DNA from: an uncultured virus (IMG/VR IMGVR_UViG_3300003319_000181)
Taxonomy: Duplodnaviria; Heunggongvirae; Uroviricota; Caudoviricetes
Length of the DNA stretch: 64,000 nucleotides
IMG/VR virus record: IMGVR_UViG_3300003319_000181
Direction: 5' to 3' (one strand)
Below, one piece after another: positions 54,413 to 63,167 of this stretch. The notes under the pieces are model-generated. The model searched no databases. It was given only the letters and a program-made list of their open reading frames with translations, and was not told the DNA's origin. Every line of letters starts with the position of its first letter. Position 1 is the stretch's first letter. Made by a program: the position numbers and the translations under genes.

Positions 54413-55063
54413 TTAAACTTTACGGAGCGCACCCCTGCATATCTCCGGCTCACCTTCGTCGGACGTATAGCGGTTCAGGAGGTTGCGGCATGGGCCACCG
54501 ACCTTGTGCGTCGTCATGTAGGTGTTTACCTCGCGCCCGCACACTGGGTTGTCGCACTTCAACTGCTCGCCTAGGAGCTTGCGGCCTGCCTTGATGACCT
54601 GCGCGACGCCGACCTCGGGGGCGTGCCGCTCATGGTACTGCGCCATGAAGGTAGAGAAGGCGGCCGGGCGACACTCGCGGCAGGGCGCGACGATCTCCGC
54701 ACCTGTCGCCGGGAAGTAGACGGTCGCCATCTTTTCAGGGCCGCAGTAGGAGCACGCGCGGTCGGAGTCTGCAAAGGCTTCGCGCTCAATGGCCGCTCGT
54801 TTCTCGCGCTCGCGTTTGGCAAGCAACTCACCGTAAGCCAGTTTCACGTCCACAGGGTTGACGGGCCGACGCGGGTCGGCGTGGTTGTCGCAGGCGAGGT
54901 CGAAGGCGGCGCGGAGGTCTTCGAAGGGCACGCGCTCGACGAGGCGGTTCGTCCAGTAGCCGACCTTGCGCTCAAGTTCCGAAGGCCCGCCACCTTCCGC
55001 CTCGGTCGCGTCCGGGGCCGGGAGGTCAACGCTCTCAAACGCCTCAACAATCATCAAACTCAC
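54413..55063 (-). CDS. Replication-associated protein (helicase-loader-like position) with Zn ribbons
   Basis: Directly downstream of the initiator; CSYC..CREC and C-terminal Cys cluster. Confidence 0.5.
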   Translation of the reverse strand: MSLMIVEAFESVDLPAPDATEAEGGGPSELERKVGYWTNRLVERVPFEDLRAAFDLACDNHADPRRPVNPVDVKLAYGELLAKREREKRAAIEREAFADSDRACSYCGPEKMATVYFPATGAEIVAPCRECRPAAFSTFMAQYHERHAPEVGVAQVIKAGRKLLGEQLKCDNPVCGREVNTYMTTHKVGGPCRNLLNRYTSDEGEPEICRGALRKV

Positions 55064-55070
55064 GGCCGCC

Positions 55071-56096
55071 TCATACCTCTTCCTCAGCTTCGGCGAGTCG
55101 CTGGGCCGCGAAAGCGTATGCGGCGCTCGCGTTTCGATTCTGTCGCGCGGTTCGCTCCGAAACGTTAGGGCGGCTGAAGCTTCCCCGAACGATGTTAGTC
55201 TCTTGCCCACTCTCAACCTCCGCCTCTGCGTATCCCTTGAACCGTTCAAGGTTTTGGTCGTTCCGGCAAATCAGTTCCAAGTCGTCGTAGACCGTGCCGC
55301 GGTCGTTCTGGCCCATGTGCTGCGGGCTCGCCCGGCAACCCTTAATCGCCGCGCTGAAATCCTCGCGAGTGAATCCGACCGGGGAGCGCAGGCGGTCGAG
55401 CAAGGCGCGCCCGCGCTCGGGCGTGAGTTTCGCCTTGCCGTTCTTGCCCATCGCGCGCCGCCACTCGGCGAAGATGTCGAGCATCAAGACCCACTCGCCC
55501 TCCGTGGGCTGCGCGCACCGCTTATGCTTTGGGAGTTCGGCGATAGCCTTGCGTAAAGCCTTCGCCCGCTCATCCACGGACGGGGCGTCGGGCGTCAGCC
55601 CGACAATGTTCCGTAGCGTAGCGGAGGAACTATCTGTAGAAGTTCTTATATCCGAATAAGGCGCAATCGGCGTGCCGCCGTCTGAGGTGTCGGCTGTGTC
55701 ACCTTTCCCGACTAAAGGTGTCTCCGGTGTCACCTTTGCATCCGATAAAGGGGGCCCTGATGACACCTTTTCCGGTGGGGTTGGTGCTGCCGATGTCACC
55801 TTTTGAAAAGGTGTCTCCGCCGTCACCTTATCAGACTGACCCGCAATTACAGGTAAATATGGGATGGTGTAGACGCTCGCGTGTCCTTTACCTTGCCCGC
55901 GCGTGATCGTGATGTCACCATTTGCTTCAAGGTCTTTAATGACGCGCTGGACTTGCCGCTTGCCGAGACCGAGCAGTCCCATTAACTCGGGCAGCTTCGG
56001 GCCGGGCGCGCCGTTGGTCTCAGCAAGGATAATGAGCAGCAACAAACCGTCTCCGGTCTGCTCCGTGTGCTCCCTGATGGCAGCGACGTTGCTCAA
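55071..56096 (-). CDS. Phage replication initiator (N-terminal wHTH)
   Basis: LGLGKRQVQRVIKDLEANGDI wHTH; KVTxETP linker repeats; C-terminal GQNDRGTVYDDLELICR domain. Confidence 0.8.
   Translation of the reverse strand: MSNVAAIREHTEQTGDGLLLLIILAETNGAPGPKLPELMGLLGLGKRQVQRVIKDLEANGDITITRGQGKGHASVYTIPYLPVIAGQSDKVTAETPFQKVTSAAPTPPEKVSSGPPLSDAKVTPETPLVGKGDTADTSDGGTPIAPYSDIRTSTDSSSATLRNIVGLTPDAPSVDERAKALRKAIAELPKHKRCAQPTEGEWVLMLDIFAEWRRAMGKNGKAKLTPERGRALLDRLRSPVGFTREDFSAAIKGCRASPQHMGQNDRGTVYDDLELICRNDQNLERFKGYAEAEVESGQETNIVRGSFSRPNVSERTARQNRNASAAYAFAAQRLAEAEEEV
55685..55830. repeat. Iteron array / probable replication origin
   Basis: About five AGGTG-N(10-11)-CACCT inverted units inside the initiator gene. 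Confidence 0.7.
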
Positions 56097-56455
56097 CCTT
56101 CACCCCTAAACTTCGCCGTCAGTTCGTAGAATTCTTCGTAGGTGTGCCGGTGTTGCTTCCGGCTGTTGCAAGGCACACACGCTAAGACAAGATTCTCTAT
56201 CTCGTCGCCGCCGCCCTGATGCTGTGAGATTTTGTGGTCAAGTGTAGGGCTTGAATAACCCTCGGGGATCGTGTAGACCTTTATCAGTTCACCGCTCTTA
56301 CCGTACGGCTCAAAGCGGGCAGCGCAATAATCTTCCTCTTCCCCGAGAGGTATAAGGCGCGTATGGCAGTAGTGACACCGCCAGCCATCGGTCTCGGCCA
56401 AGCGCCGCATGAGTCCCGCTCGCACGGCGGGTTTAAATTTGCGCTTTGTAGTCAT
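56093..56455 (-). CDS. HNH endonuclease
   Basis: DGWRCHYC..TLDHKI..GGGDEIENLVLACVPCNSRK. Confidence 0.9.
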   Translation of the reverse strand: MTTKRKFKPAVRAGLMRRLAETDGWRCHYCHTRLIPLGEEEDYCAARFEPYGKSGELIKVYTIPEGYSSPTLDHKISQHQGGGDEIENLVLACVPCNSRKQHRHTYEEFYELTAKFRGEG

Positions 56456-56532
56456 ATTTCAAGCGCCTTGCCATGTACGCGCATGATTTGGGCGAGCGTC
56501 ATCAGTCGGTCTCAAAAGTAGGCTCCGAGCCG

Positions 56533-56874
56533 TCAAAAGATCGACCCTCCGCCCGAGCCATTCGACTTACGCCTTAACTTTGCGGTGCTCGCCTCACGCC
56601 TGCACCGCAAGCAATTCCGCCTGCGAGTCACAGGACGCTTGCCGCATCGGGTACAGACGCCGCGCGCGACCCGTTGCCAATACGACTGCTCACGGTGGTA
56701 CTTTTGCCCGAGTGTGCAGCGGGCGCAGCGGGTGGTGCCTTCCTGCGCGGTCTCGCCGCACTGCACGCACAGCGAGACCGCGCAGCGGCTGTAATAACGC
56801 CCTAAGCGTGTCTCTCTACTCTGTTGTCCCACTACAGTGATAATCCTCCGCAGGCTGGTGGACACTTCTCTCAA
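56533..56874 (-). CDS. Double Zn-finger basic protein
   Basis: CVQCG..CARC..GVCTRCG..CLRC. Confidence 0.55.
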   Translation of the reverse strand: MREVSTSLRRIITVVGQQSRETRLGRYYSRCAVSLCVQCGETAQEGTTRCARCTLGQKYHREQSYWQRVARGVCTRCGKRPVTRRRNCLRCRREASTAKLRRKSNGSGGGSIF

Positions 56875-57392
56875 TTATGGCCGTCCGGCACGCTTCACAA
56901 GTCCGGTCGTAGAGAAGCGAGAAGAATTTGACGAGAATCATCCCGGCAAATTCGGCCGGGATTTCCAAGTCAAGCGACCGTGCAAAAAAGACAGCCTTCC
57001 GTGCCGCGCGCGCGCGGTGAACCGGGGGCAACTTGCGCCCCCACTCAAAGCACTCAAGCAGCCGCCGCAAGTAAACTTTCTGCTGCCGCTTATTCACCCG
57101 AGCAGCCACCGCCTTTCACGGCGCGGGAGCGTTCACCCCCACGGGTCGCCATCGCACTCACCACAGAAGCCGTTCGGGTCTAGCTCGCTCCCGCAGTCGT
57201 GACACGTCGGCAGGTCGTCGTCTTCGTCGTCGTGGCACGCGCAGTCATTCCAGGGGAAACCACAGTATTCACACTCGCTCATATCTATTCACCATCCGGG
57301 GTGGCCCGCAGTTCGTTAAAACGGCAACGGCGTCGTGTGCCGCCCCTGCCGCGGCCGGTGCGTCCAGCGCTAACACGGGCCGCCCCGAATCT

Positions 57393-57980
57393 CTACGCGC
57401 GACGAACCTGCGCCGCGTTGTCCCTGAAGATTTTGAGCACCTCGCGCTTATCCTGCTCGGTCAGACCGTCCAGGCCGGCGGTAATCTCGTACTTCTGGTT
57501 GACCCACTTCTTGACCTTCACGGGGTCGTAACCCAAGGCATCGGCCGCTGCAAGGATTTGCATGGAGAGTTCTGTCGAGGACTCGTTGATAGCTTTGACG
57601 GCTGGGGTGCCCGGAACCGTCTTGATTTGCGTTGGGGCCTGTGCTTTCTGCTGGCCCCGTTGCGCCTCTTCCCGGCTCGCCACTCCGCGTTTGACCTCGA
57701 AACCCAAGAGGGCCAGCGCGCGACCGACTGAACTTGTCTCGCAGACCTCAACGTAGCTACCAGCCTGCACATGACCGGCGCTCCTCAGTTCGTACGCGTG
57801 GCCTGTTGCTGCCGGCAGTGCGTCGTCAGGCTCGCGGTAGACCTCTGCCCGGATAAGGACAAACCCCGTCTCTTGATTGTGCTCAACGATGGAGGTCACA
57901 ATCCGGCCTTTGGGATAGGTCGCATAGAACTTGTCGATCCTCTCGGCGACGGTGATGTACTCGTCAGGGTTGAATCTCAC
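57393..57980 (-). CDS. Putative ssDNA-annealing protein (Rad52/Sak-like)
   Basis: YITVAERI..ATGHAYE..VEVCETSSVGRALA; early/recombination context. Confidence 0.55.
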   Translation of the reverse strand: MRFNPDEYITVAERIDKFYATYPKGRIVTSIVEHNQETGFVLIRAEVYREPDDALPAATGHAYELRSAGHVQAGSYVEVCETSSVGRALALLGFEVKRGVASREEAQRGQQKAQAPTQIKTVPGTPAVKAINESSTELSMQILAAADALGYDPVKVKKWVNQKYEITAGLDGLTEQDKREVLKIFRDNAAQVRRA

Positions 57981-58080
57981 TTCTTCCCCTTCCGTTTCGC
58001 CCGCCTCACCTCAAAGTAATCAAATAACTTTTCGGTGGGCTTGCTGACGAGAAATAAGAAGTTGTTGAAGAGTCTGAGTA

Positions 58081-59268
58081 TCATGCAACCTCCTCCGCGG
58101 CCGTGTCGGAGTTGAAGAGGGGCGGCTTGACGAAGCAAAGCACGTCCTCATAGTCAATGCGCGGACTGCCGTTCTTCTCAGCGAGCCGTCTAAAGAAGCT
58201 TTTCCGCTCGGTCGTCACCTCTTGGAGTTCGCCGTCCAGAGTCATCTGCGCGCCGTGATGCTCGACGAGCCAACACCTGTGGTGGTGCAACTGCCTGAAG
58301 CCCACCGCCTCACAGAGCGCCGCCCACTGGCCGCTAAACTCGACCACCTGCTTCTTGCGGACGAAGCGCTTGGTGACGAAGACGGCGTGACCGTTGGGCG
58401 CGAGTATCTTGTGGAGTTGTTCGAGGACGAGGCGGGAGGCTTGCCAGAAGTCTGCGCCAATGGCTTTACCCAAACTATTTTCTTCAACAGCTAAGATGTA
58501 ATCCTTTTTCAGCCTATTGATACCGTCCTCACTCCAAACACCTTTCCGGCCGCCGTGCTTGGCGTTCGATCTGTTCTCCTTAAACGGCGGGCTTGTAATC
58601 GCCGCGTCGAAACTGCCCTCCCTCATGCCCCCGAGTTGGCCGGGGGTCGCGCCGTAGGGGTCACGGTCGTTGGCCCGGCGCATGTTGGCCTCATTACCGC
58701 CAGTTCCCGCTTGCTGAATGCGTGCGCTCGCGTAAGGGGGGCTGCTTATCGCGCAGGAGTAGCCACTGCGGAAAGCCTCGACGTGAGTGCCTGTGCACCG
58801 CTCCGGGTGCAAGTCCCTCCCCTGCCCCTGACACCCGCCGGCGTACGGCGGACTGCTCACCGCCAACTCACCGCCCTGAAAGACGCTCGCCAGTTCCCTT
58901 GAATCGCCCTGCCTCAGTTCGGCCGTGCCCCACGAAGGCATCCGGGAGTGACGCGAGTTCCACAGGGCGATGTTCTGTCGGCCGAGTTCGACGAAGCGGG
59001 ATTCGAGTTCGCACCCTTTCCAGTGACAACCTCTGAGCATGGCATCAAGCGCGCCGCCGGCAATTCCACCGAAAGGATCGACGACAACGGAGTCGGGACG
59101 TATCCAGCCCTCCTCCGAAGCGTGGGTGTAAATCTTTCGGATGAGCGCGCGTGAATATTTAGCGGGGTGACTGTACGCCTCGGGCACAAGGTCACTCCCC
59201 CACGATTCGCCGTAGCAACCGTGCCAGTCGCTCACAATCGGATACAGAATGTCTGGAACTGCGCTCAC
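58081..59268 (-). CDS. Amino (N6/N4) DNA methyltransferase
   Basis: HPAK, VVDPFGGIAG, ELE, GDSR and three SPP(Y/F) motifs. Confidence 0.85.
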   Translation of the reverse strand: MSAVPDILYPIVSDWHGCYGESWGSDLVPEAYSHPAKYSRALIRKIYTHASEEGWIRPDSVVVDPFGGIAGGALDAMLRGCHWKGCELESRFVELGRQNIALWNSRHSRMPSWGTAELRQGDSRELASVFQGGELAVSSPPYAGGCQGQGRDLHPERCTGTHVEAFRSGYSCAISSPPYASARIQQAGTGGNEANMRRANDRDPYGATPGQLGGMREGSFDAAITSPPFKENRSNAKHGGRKGVWSEDGINRLKKDYILAVEENSLGKAIGADFWQASRLVLEQLHKILAPNGHAVFVTKRFVRKKQVVEFSGQWAALCEAVGFRQLHHHRCWLVEHHGAQMTLDGELQEVTTERKSFFRRLAEKNGSPRIDYEDVLCFVKPPLFNSDTAAEEVA

Positions 59269-59350
59269 CTACCCCTCCACTACCTCAATCAAAAGAAACC
59301 ACCTCACGCAGCCATCAACTCAGACAGGTAAGAGAACTTATCGTAAGGCG

Positions 59351-59650
59351 TCACGGGGACGCTTTGACTTCTTCTCTGCCCCCCCCCTCAGCCTTTTCTC
59401 GCTTGAATGACATGGCCGCCCGATGGAAGATACACAGCACGAACCTGCCCGAAGGGTTATCACACAGCTTGCACAGCCCCGTCGCTTTGCGCGCTTCATA
59501 GCGTGAGTGGAAATAGTCCCTGCGGTCTTTCGTGCTTCGCGCACGTCTACGCCTAGCCGCCTGACGCTCACGCTCTACCGCGCGCAGGAAGTTTTCCCAC
59601 AGGTCAGGAACGGCCTCTGCTATCTGCCGTGTAAAGGGTCTGTCGTCCAT
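59351..59650 (-). CDS. Basic Zn-finger protein
   Basis: RKATGLCKLC..LCIFH. Confidence 0.55.
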   Translation of the reverse strand: MDDRPFTRQIAEAVPDLWENFLRAVERERQAARRRRARSTKDRRDYFHSRYEARKATGLCKLCDNPSGRFVLCIFHRAAMSFKREKAEGGGREEVKASP

Positions 59651-59784
59651 CCTGCACCCTCTCAGCCTCTAATCGGCCATCCTTCATCATCTATTTAACG
59701 TCGCGAGACTCTCCCGACCCCCATCAAACGTTACGGAACGGTCGCGCTTGCGACCCCGCGAGCCGGAAGAGTCCCGCGAACCTG

Positions 59785-59958
59785 TCAGGCGATGACCGGC
59801 ACGCCACCGACGCGCTCGACGAGGTACGCCTTGACACGCCTTACGGCCTCCAACTTCCACCGCCCGCCATCTGCCTCAAAGAGTGCCACCGTCGGCAATT
59901 CGTTCTCGTTGCGGCCCGCGCGCACCCGCAGGATGAAGTCCGACTCGGGCTGACTGAC
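59785..59958 (-). pseudogene. C-terminal remnant of a conserved phage protein
   Basis: QPESDFILR..VALFEADGGRWKLEAV..KAYL matches a C-terminus I recall from longer phage proteins; no convincing N-terminal part upstream. Confidence 0.45.
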
Positions 59959-60019
59959 TGCGGCGACTCTCTTCCGGGGTGAGCCAGTGACCGCAGGTTC
60001 GGCATTGGACTTCACCTTT

Positions 60020-60790
60020 CAATACCCACCTCGCGCGTCTGGCCGCTCTCATTACTGGTTGCCGTGACGATGAACTTGCACCACATGATGGTTTCCTTTC
60101 GTTGGGGTAAGCACTGTCAACCTGCGGGCCGGATTCCCCTCCCCGGCAACCCTGTCTTGTCGTCAGGACGTGCCACACTCGGCAGAGTGGCCTGCGACTA
60201 CAACGTGATTTGCCCTTGCGGGCGTTTACCCAAGCGCTGCCGCACTTCCGCAGGTTGAACTTGTGTCGAGCAGAGCCAGGCGCTTGCGCGACTGTGCGAG
60301 ACATTAGACGACTCGCTCTGCCCGAACTTTTAAAAGAACTAAGAAGGGCACGGGGCGGTGCCGTGGTCTGTTAGGCTCGTCGAGCGCCACAAGCTTTTGG
60401 TTAACCGCGCCCTCTGCCCTCTTCGAGAGCGGGTAAGCTCACACCGTAACCCGTCCCGCTCGCTGTGCCGGTGTTTGCCGACAATTCGATTGCTCGACAG
60501 CGGGGAGCCTTTTGATTTACTCGCCACTAGCACGAGATGGGGGCCTGCTCAGGCCGTACCGCAGCGTCGAAAAGAACTGTTGACGGGGAGGGGCTAAGCC
60601 TACTCGGCGTGCCTTTCGTGCCGCCGCCCCTCACCCCGTCTCGCACCGACTCTAGGTAGCAGTTAGGCCGTGAGACCTTCTAGCGTCTGCGCGAAGTTGA
60701 AAAGAACTGATGGCCGCGTCTCCGGCTCTCACGGAGCACTCCCGTTCAATGCATACGCTTAGGGGGCGTCGCGGCCGTAGAAAGAGCAGT
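60020..60790 (-). ncRNA. Cluster of structured non-coding elements punctuated by boxA-like motifs
   Basis: No credible ORF; long stems; G(T/C)TCTTT motifs at about 60335, 60573, 60703 and 60784. Confidence 0.55.
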
Positions 60791-60800
60791 TAGGGAGATG

Positions 60801-61265
60801 TCAGGCAGCGCATGCCGCTGTTTGCTCAACCGCTCGGAGCGCGGCGCGGCAGATGGCAAGAGGCGCGGTCGCGGCCTGTGCCCTTGCTACCGCGTCGCAC
60901 CACTGGGGCCTACCGTGCGGCGTGAACGTGGCGTGATACCCGTCCGTCGCGTCGTACGGCGTGAGCAACGTCAGCCACAGTCCCCGCGCTGCCATTCGCT
61001 CGATTACCTGCCACGCGGCGGAGATGTCGGTTGACCATCCTTGAGACGGCAGAAAGAAAGTGAACGGAATAATGCCCTTCGGCGGCCAAGCGTATTCGCC
61101 GCTCTCAATCATCGGGACGGCCGTCGGACTAGCGAGCACTTCACCCTGCCCAGGCAGCGGGCCGTCAAAATCGTGCTTCGGAGGCTGCACGCGCATCCAG
61201 CCGAAAATGCGCTCCGCAACCAAAGCGTCAAGTTCTCTACCGGCTTGTAGTTCGTCGCTCATCAT
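60801..61265 (-). CDS. Phage ABA-sandwich (BC1872-like) domain protein
   Basis: AGRELDALVAERIFGW..WSTDISAAWQVIE..TAPLAICRAAL. Confidence 0.85.
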   Translation of the reverse strand: MMSDELQAGRELDALVAERIFGWMRVQPPKHDFDGPLPGQGEVLASPTAVPMIESGEYAWPPKGIIPFTFFLPSQGWSTDISAAWQVIERMAARGLWLTLLTPYDATDGYHATFTPHGRPQWCDAVARAQAATAPLAICRAALRAVEQTAACAA

Positions 61266-61316
61266 CAGTTCCCTTGTCACCCCCTGACCGTCTGGGGGGG
61301 GGCAGTAGAAGGACGG

Positions 61317-61640
61317 TTAGGCCGTGCGCGTCAGTAACCCGAAGTCGTAGCCGATGGCTTCGACCTCTTCACGGCTCAAGACCTTCCCCTCTTGGGGTCT
61401 GCCGCGCAGCTTGAAGACGACCGCCAAGTCCCCCGGTTGCTGTTGATTGTTCGTGCGATTCACTTCAACGGGGAAGCCGAAGAGTTCAGTCAAGATGTCG
61501 GCGGTTGCCTGATGGCCGATGGCGCTCTCGGCCGAGTTAGTCAACGCGATCTCGCGGGCGTCCTCTAGCATCAGAGGTTCGTATGAATATTTCCCGTAGG
61601 CGGTGACGATGGACGTGTTGTAGAGAAAGACTCTCGGCAT
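61317..61640 (-). CDS. DUF1874/STIV-B116 family protein (AcrIII-1-like cA4 ring nuclease)
   Basis: LYNTSI, SAIGHQATA, VNR, PGD..VFKLRGRPQEGKVLSREE; AGGAG RBS. Confidence 0.85.
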   Translation of the reverse strand: MPRVFLYNTSIVTAYGKYSYEPLMLEDAREIALTNSAESAIGHQATADILTELFGFPVEVNRTNNQQQPGDLAVVFKLRGRPQEGKVLSREEVEAIGYDFGLLTRTA

Positions 61641-61750
61641 ATGGGCTCCTGTTTCAGAGTTGCGATATGAGACGCCCGCGCCGCAGGCCGAGCACCATTC
61701 GCCCGGCTCGCCGTTCTTCGGGGGCGCAACGCCACAGTGAGAGCAGACTT

Positions 61751-61951
61751 TCACGCTGCCCTCTTCTGAGTGCGGAAGTAAGTCGCCCTGTCGTACACAA
61801 CTGCCGACTCCCCGCACTCGGGGCAGATGGCATCACCGTTTCGCCACTTCGCGGAGCGCGCGTTGCATACGTTCGGACAGTCGAGATATTCGTTGCGCGC
61901 TAAGCGAATCGGCTCCCTGCTCGTCAGTTTTGGTGTCTTGTGCCTCGCCAT
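61751..61951 (-). CDS. Small double Zn-ribbon protein
   Basis: CPNVC..CPECG. Confidence 0.55.
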   Translation of the reverse strand: MARHKTPKLTSREPIRLARNEYLDCPNVCNARSAKWRNGDAICPECGESAVVYDRATYFRTQKRAA

Positions 61952-62103
61952 AAGTACCTTTCATCCGTAGCCGTGCTCGCCTTTGGAGCGGGCGTGGCGC
62001 TGTTGAGTAAGAGTGGTGGTTAAGGGGGCCATGCGGCTTTGTGTTTGTGTCTGGTCGTGATATACGGTGCGCGTTCTACCATCCCATTCGGAGGTGTCTA
62101 CCC

Positions 62104-62487
62104 GTGTCCTTCGTCGTCGGATTGGTATCGCTCCTTTTCGGTCTCATTGTGTCCACCTATCTGTATGCTTGGCTGCTCCTGCCGCTCATCTACAATTTGC
62201 CAATGAGCATCTACTACTATTACAAGGGCGTTCTGAGATTCGCGGCGATCCCCATGCAACTCATCGCGCCGGTCTTCTGGACGCTCATCTTGTTCGCGCT
62301 CGGTTTCATCCTCGCTTGGCTGGCCCCGCGCGCGTTGGCGTACCTGCTAACAGACCCTTACTTCGTTATAGGCCAACTCATCGGGTTACTGATGATTCTG
62401 AAAACTCCTCTGACAAAAGCCGGTCGCGCCGACCTGTGGCACGACTACGAGCGGCGGACGTTTGCGCGGCTCCAAAAGAATGAATAA
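62104..62487 (+). CDS. Multi-pass membrane protein (moron-like)
   Basis: GGAGG RBS with GTG at 62104; three or four hydrophobic helices. Confidence 0.7.
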   Translation: MSFVVGLVSLLFGLIVSTYLYAWLLLPLIYNLPMSIYYYYKGVLRFAAIPMQLIAPVFWTLILFALGFILAWLAPRALAYLLTDPYFVIGQLIGLLMILKTPLTKAGRADLWHDYERRTFARLQKNE

Positions 62488-62495
62488 GAGGTCGC

Positions 62496-62834
62496 ATGAT
62501 TATGGATATTCAACGAATCGTCGGCGGCCTCATCGTTGCCGCCTTCGCCTTCGGCATCAGCTACAAATGCACCGGCAAAGACGGCGATAAGCTGAAGGCA
62601 TACATCACCTGTGTGTGTGTTACCTATGCCGTGTCCGTCGGATTGGCCGAACTCTTCGGCGCGCCAATCAAGGCCGGGGAGATAATCGAAGCAACTCGGC
62701 AAACAGTCCCCCGTGACGTACCTGGTTGGTCATGGAAGGAAAAGGTTGAGTTTTCACGCTTCATCTTTTGGGTCTCCCTCCTCCCGGCTATGGTCGGCGT
62801 CTACTGCGCGCGAAGGTGGCCTGATGATGATTAA
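62496..62834 (+). CDS. Membrane protein (three TM)
   Basis: GAGGT RBS; hydrophobic segments. Confidence 0.65.
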   Translation: MIMDIQRIVGGLIVAAFAFGISYKCTGKDGDKLKAYITCVCVTYAVSVGLAELFGAPIKAGEIIEATRQTVPRDVPGWSWKEKVEFSRFIFWVSLLPAMVGVYCARRWPDDD

Positions 62835-62880
62835 GTCACCGCGCGCCTACTGCCGATCCGAGCGGCCGCCTTTACCCGCC

Positions 62881-63167
62881 TGCCCGGCTTCTGGTAGTCA
62901 AGCCTGCCACGCCGCGCCGTACCTAGCCGTGCCTGCCGCGCCCTACTCCACCTTGCCGTGCCTTGCCTGCCATTCCGAACCATGCCCTCCACGCCGAACC
63001 CCGCGTAGCCACGCCTGCCCCGCCCAGCCATACCCAACCGTACCGGGACGCGCCCCGCCTCGCCTGCCCTACCAAGTCCCAACTCGCCAAGCCATGCCAT
63101 GCCTCGCCGTGACTGACCGTGCCAAAACACGCCAAGCCCAGCCCTGACGGGCCTTGCCAAGCCTGCC
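62881..63167 (-). ncRNA. Large GGY-NN pentamer array (about 51 pentamers, GGCA-delimited units)
   Basis: Starts right after the stop of 63168..63716; units of 19, 9, 5+3, 6, 5 and 4 pentamers separated by 4-nt GGCA (one GGAG). Confidence 0.85.

Noticed and set aside
55930..55965. Self-target of array 45459 in the initiator HTH coding sequence
   Set aside because: Only about four of 14 dinucleotides match under an NNx register, which is compatible with chance
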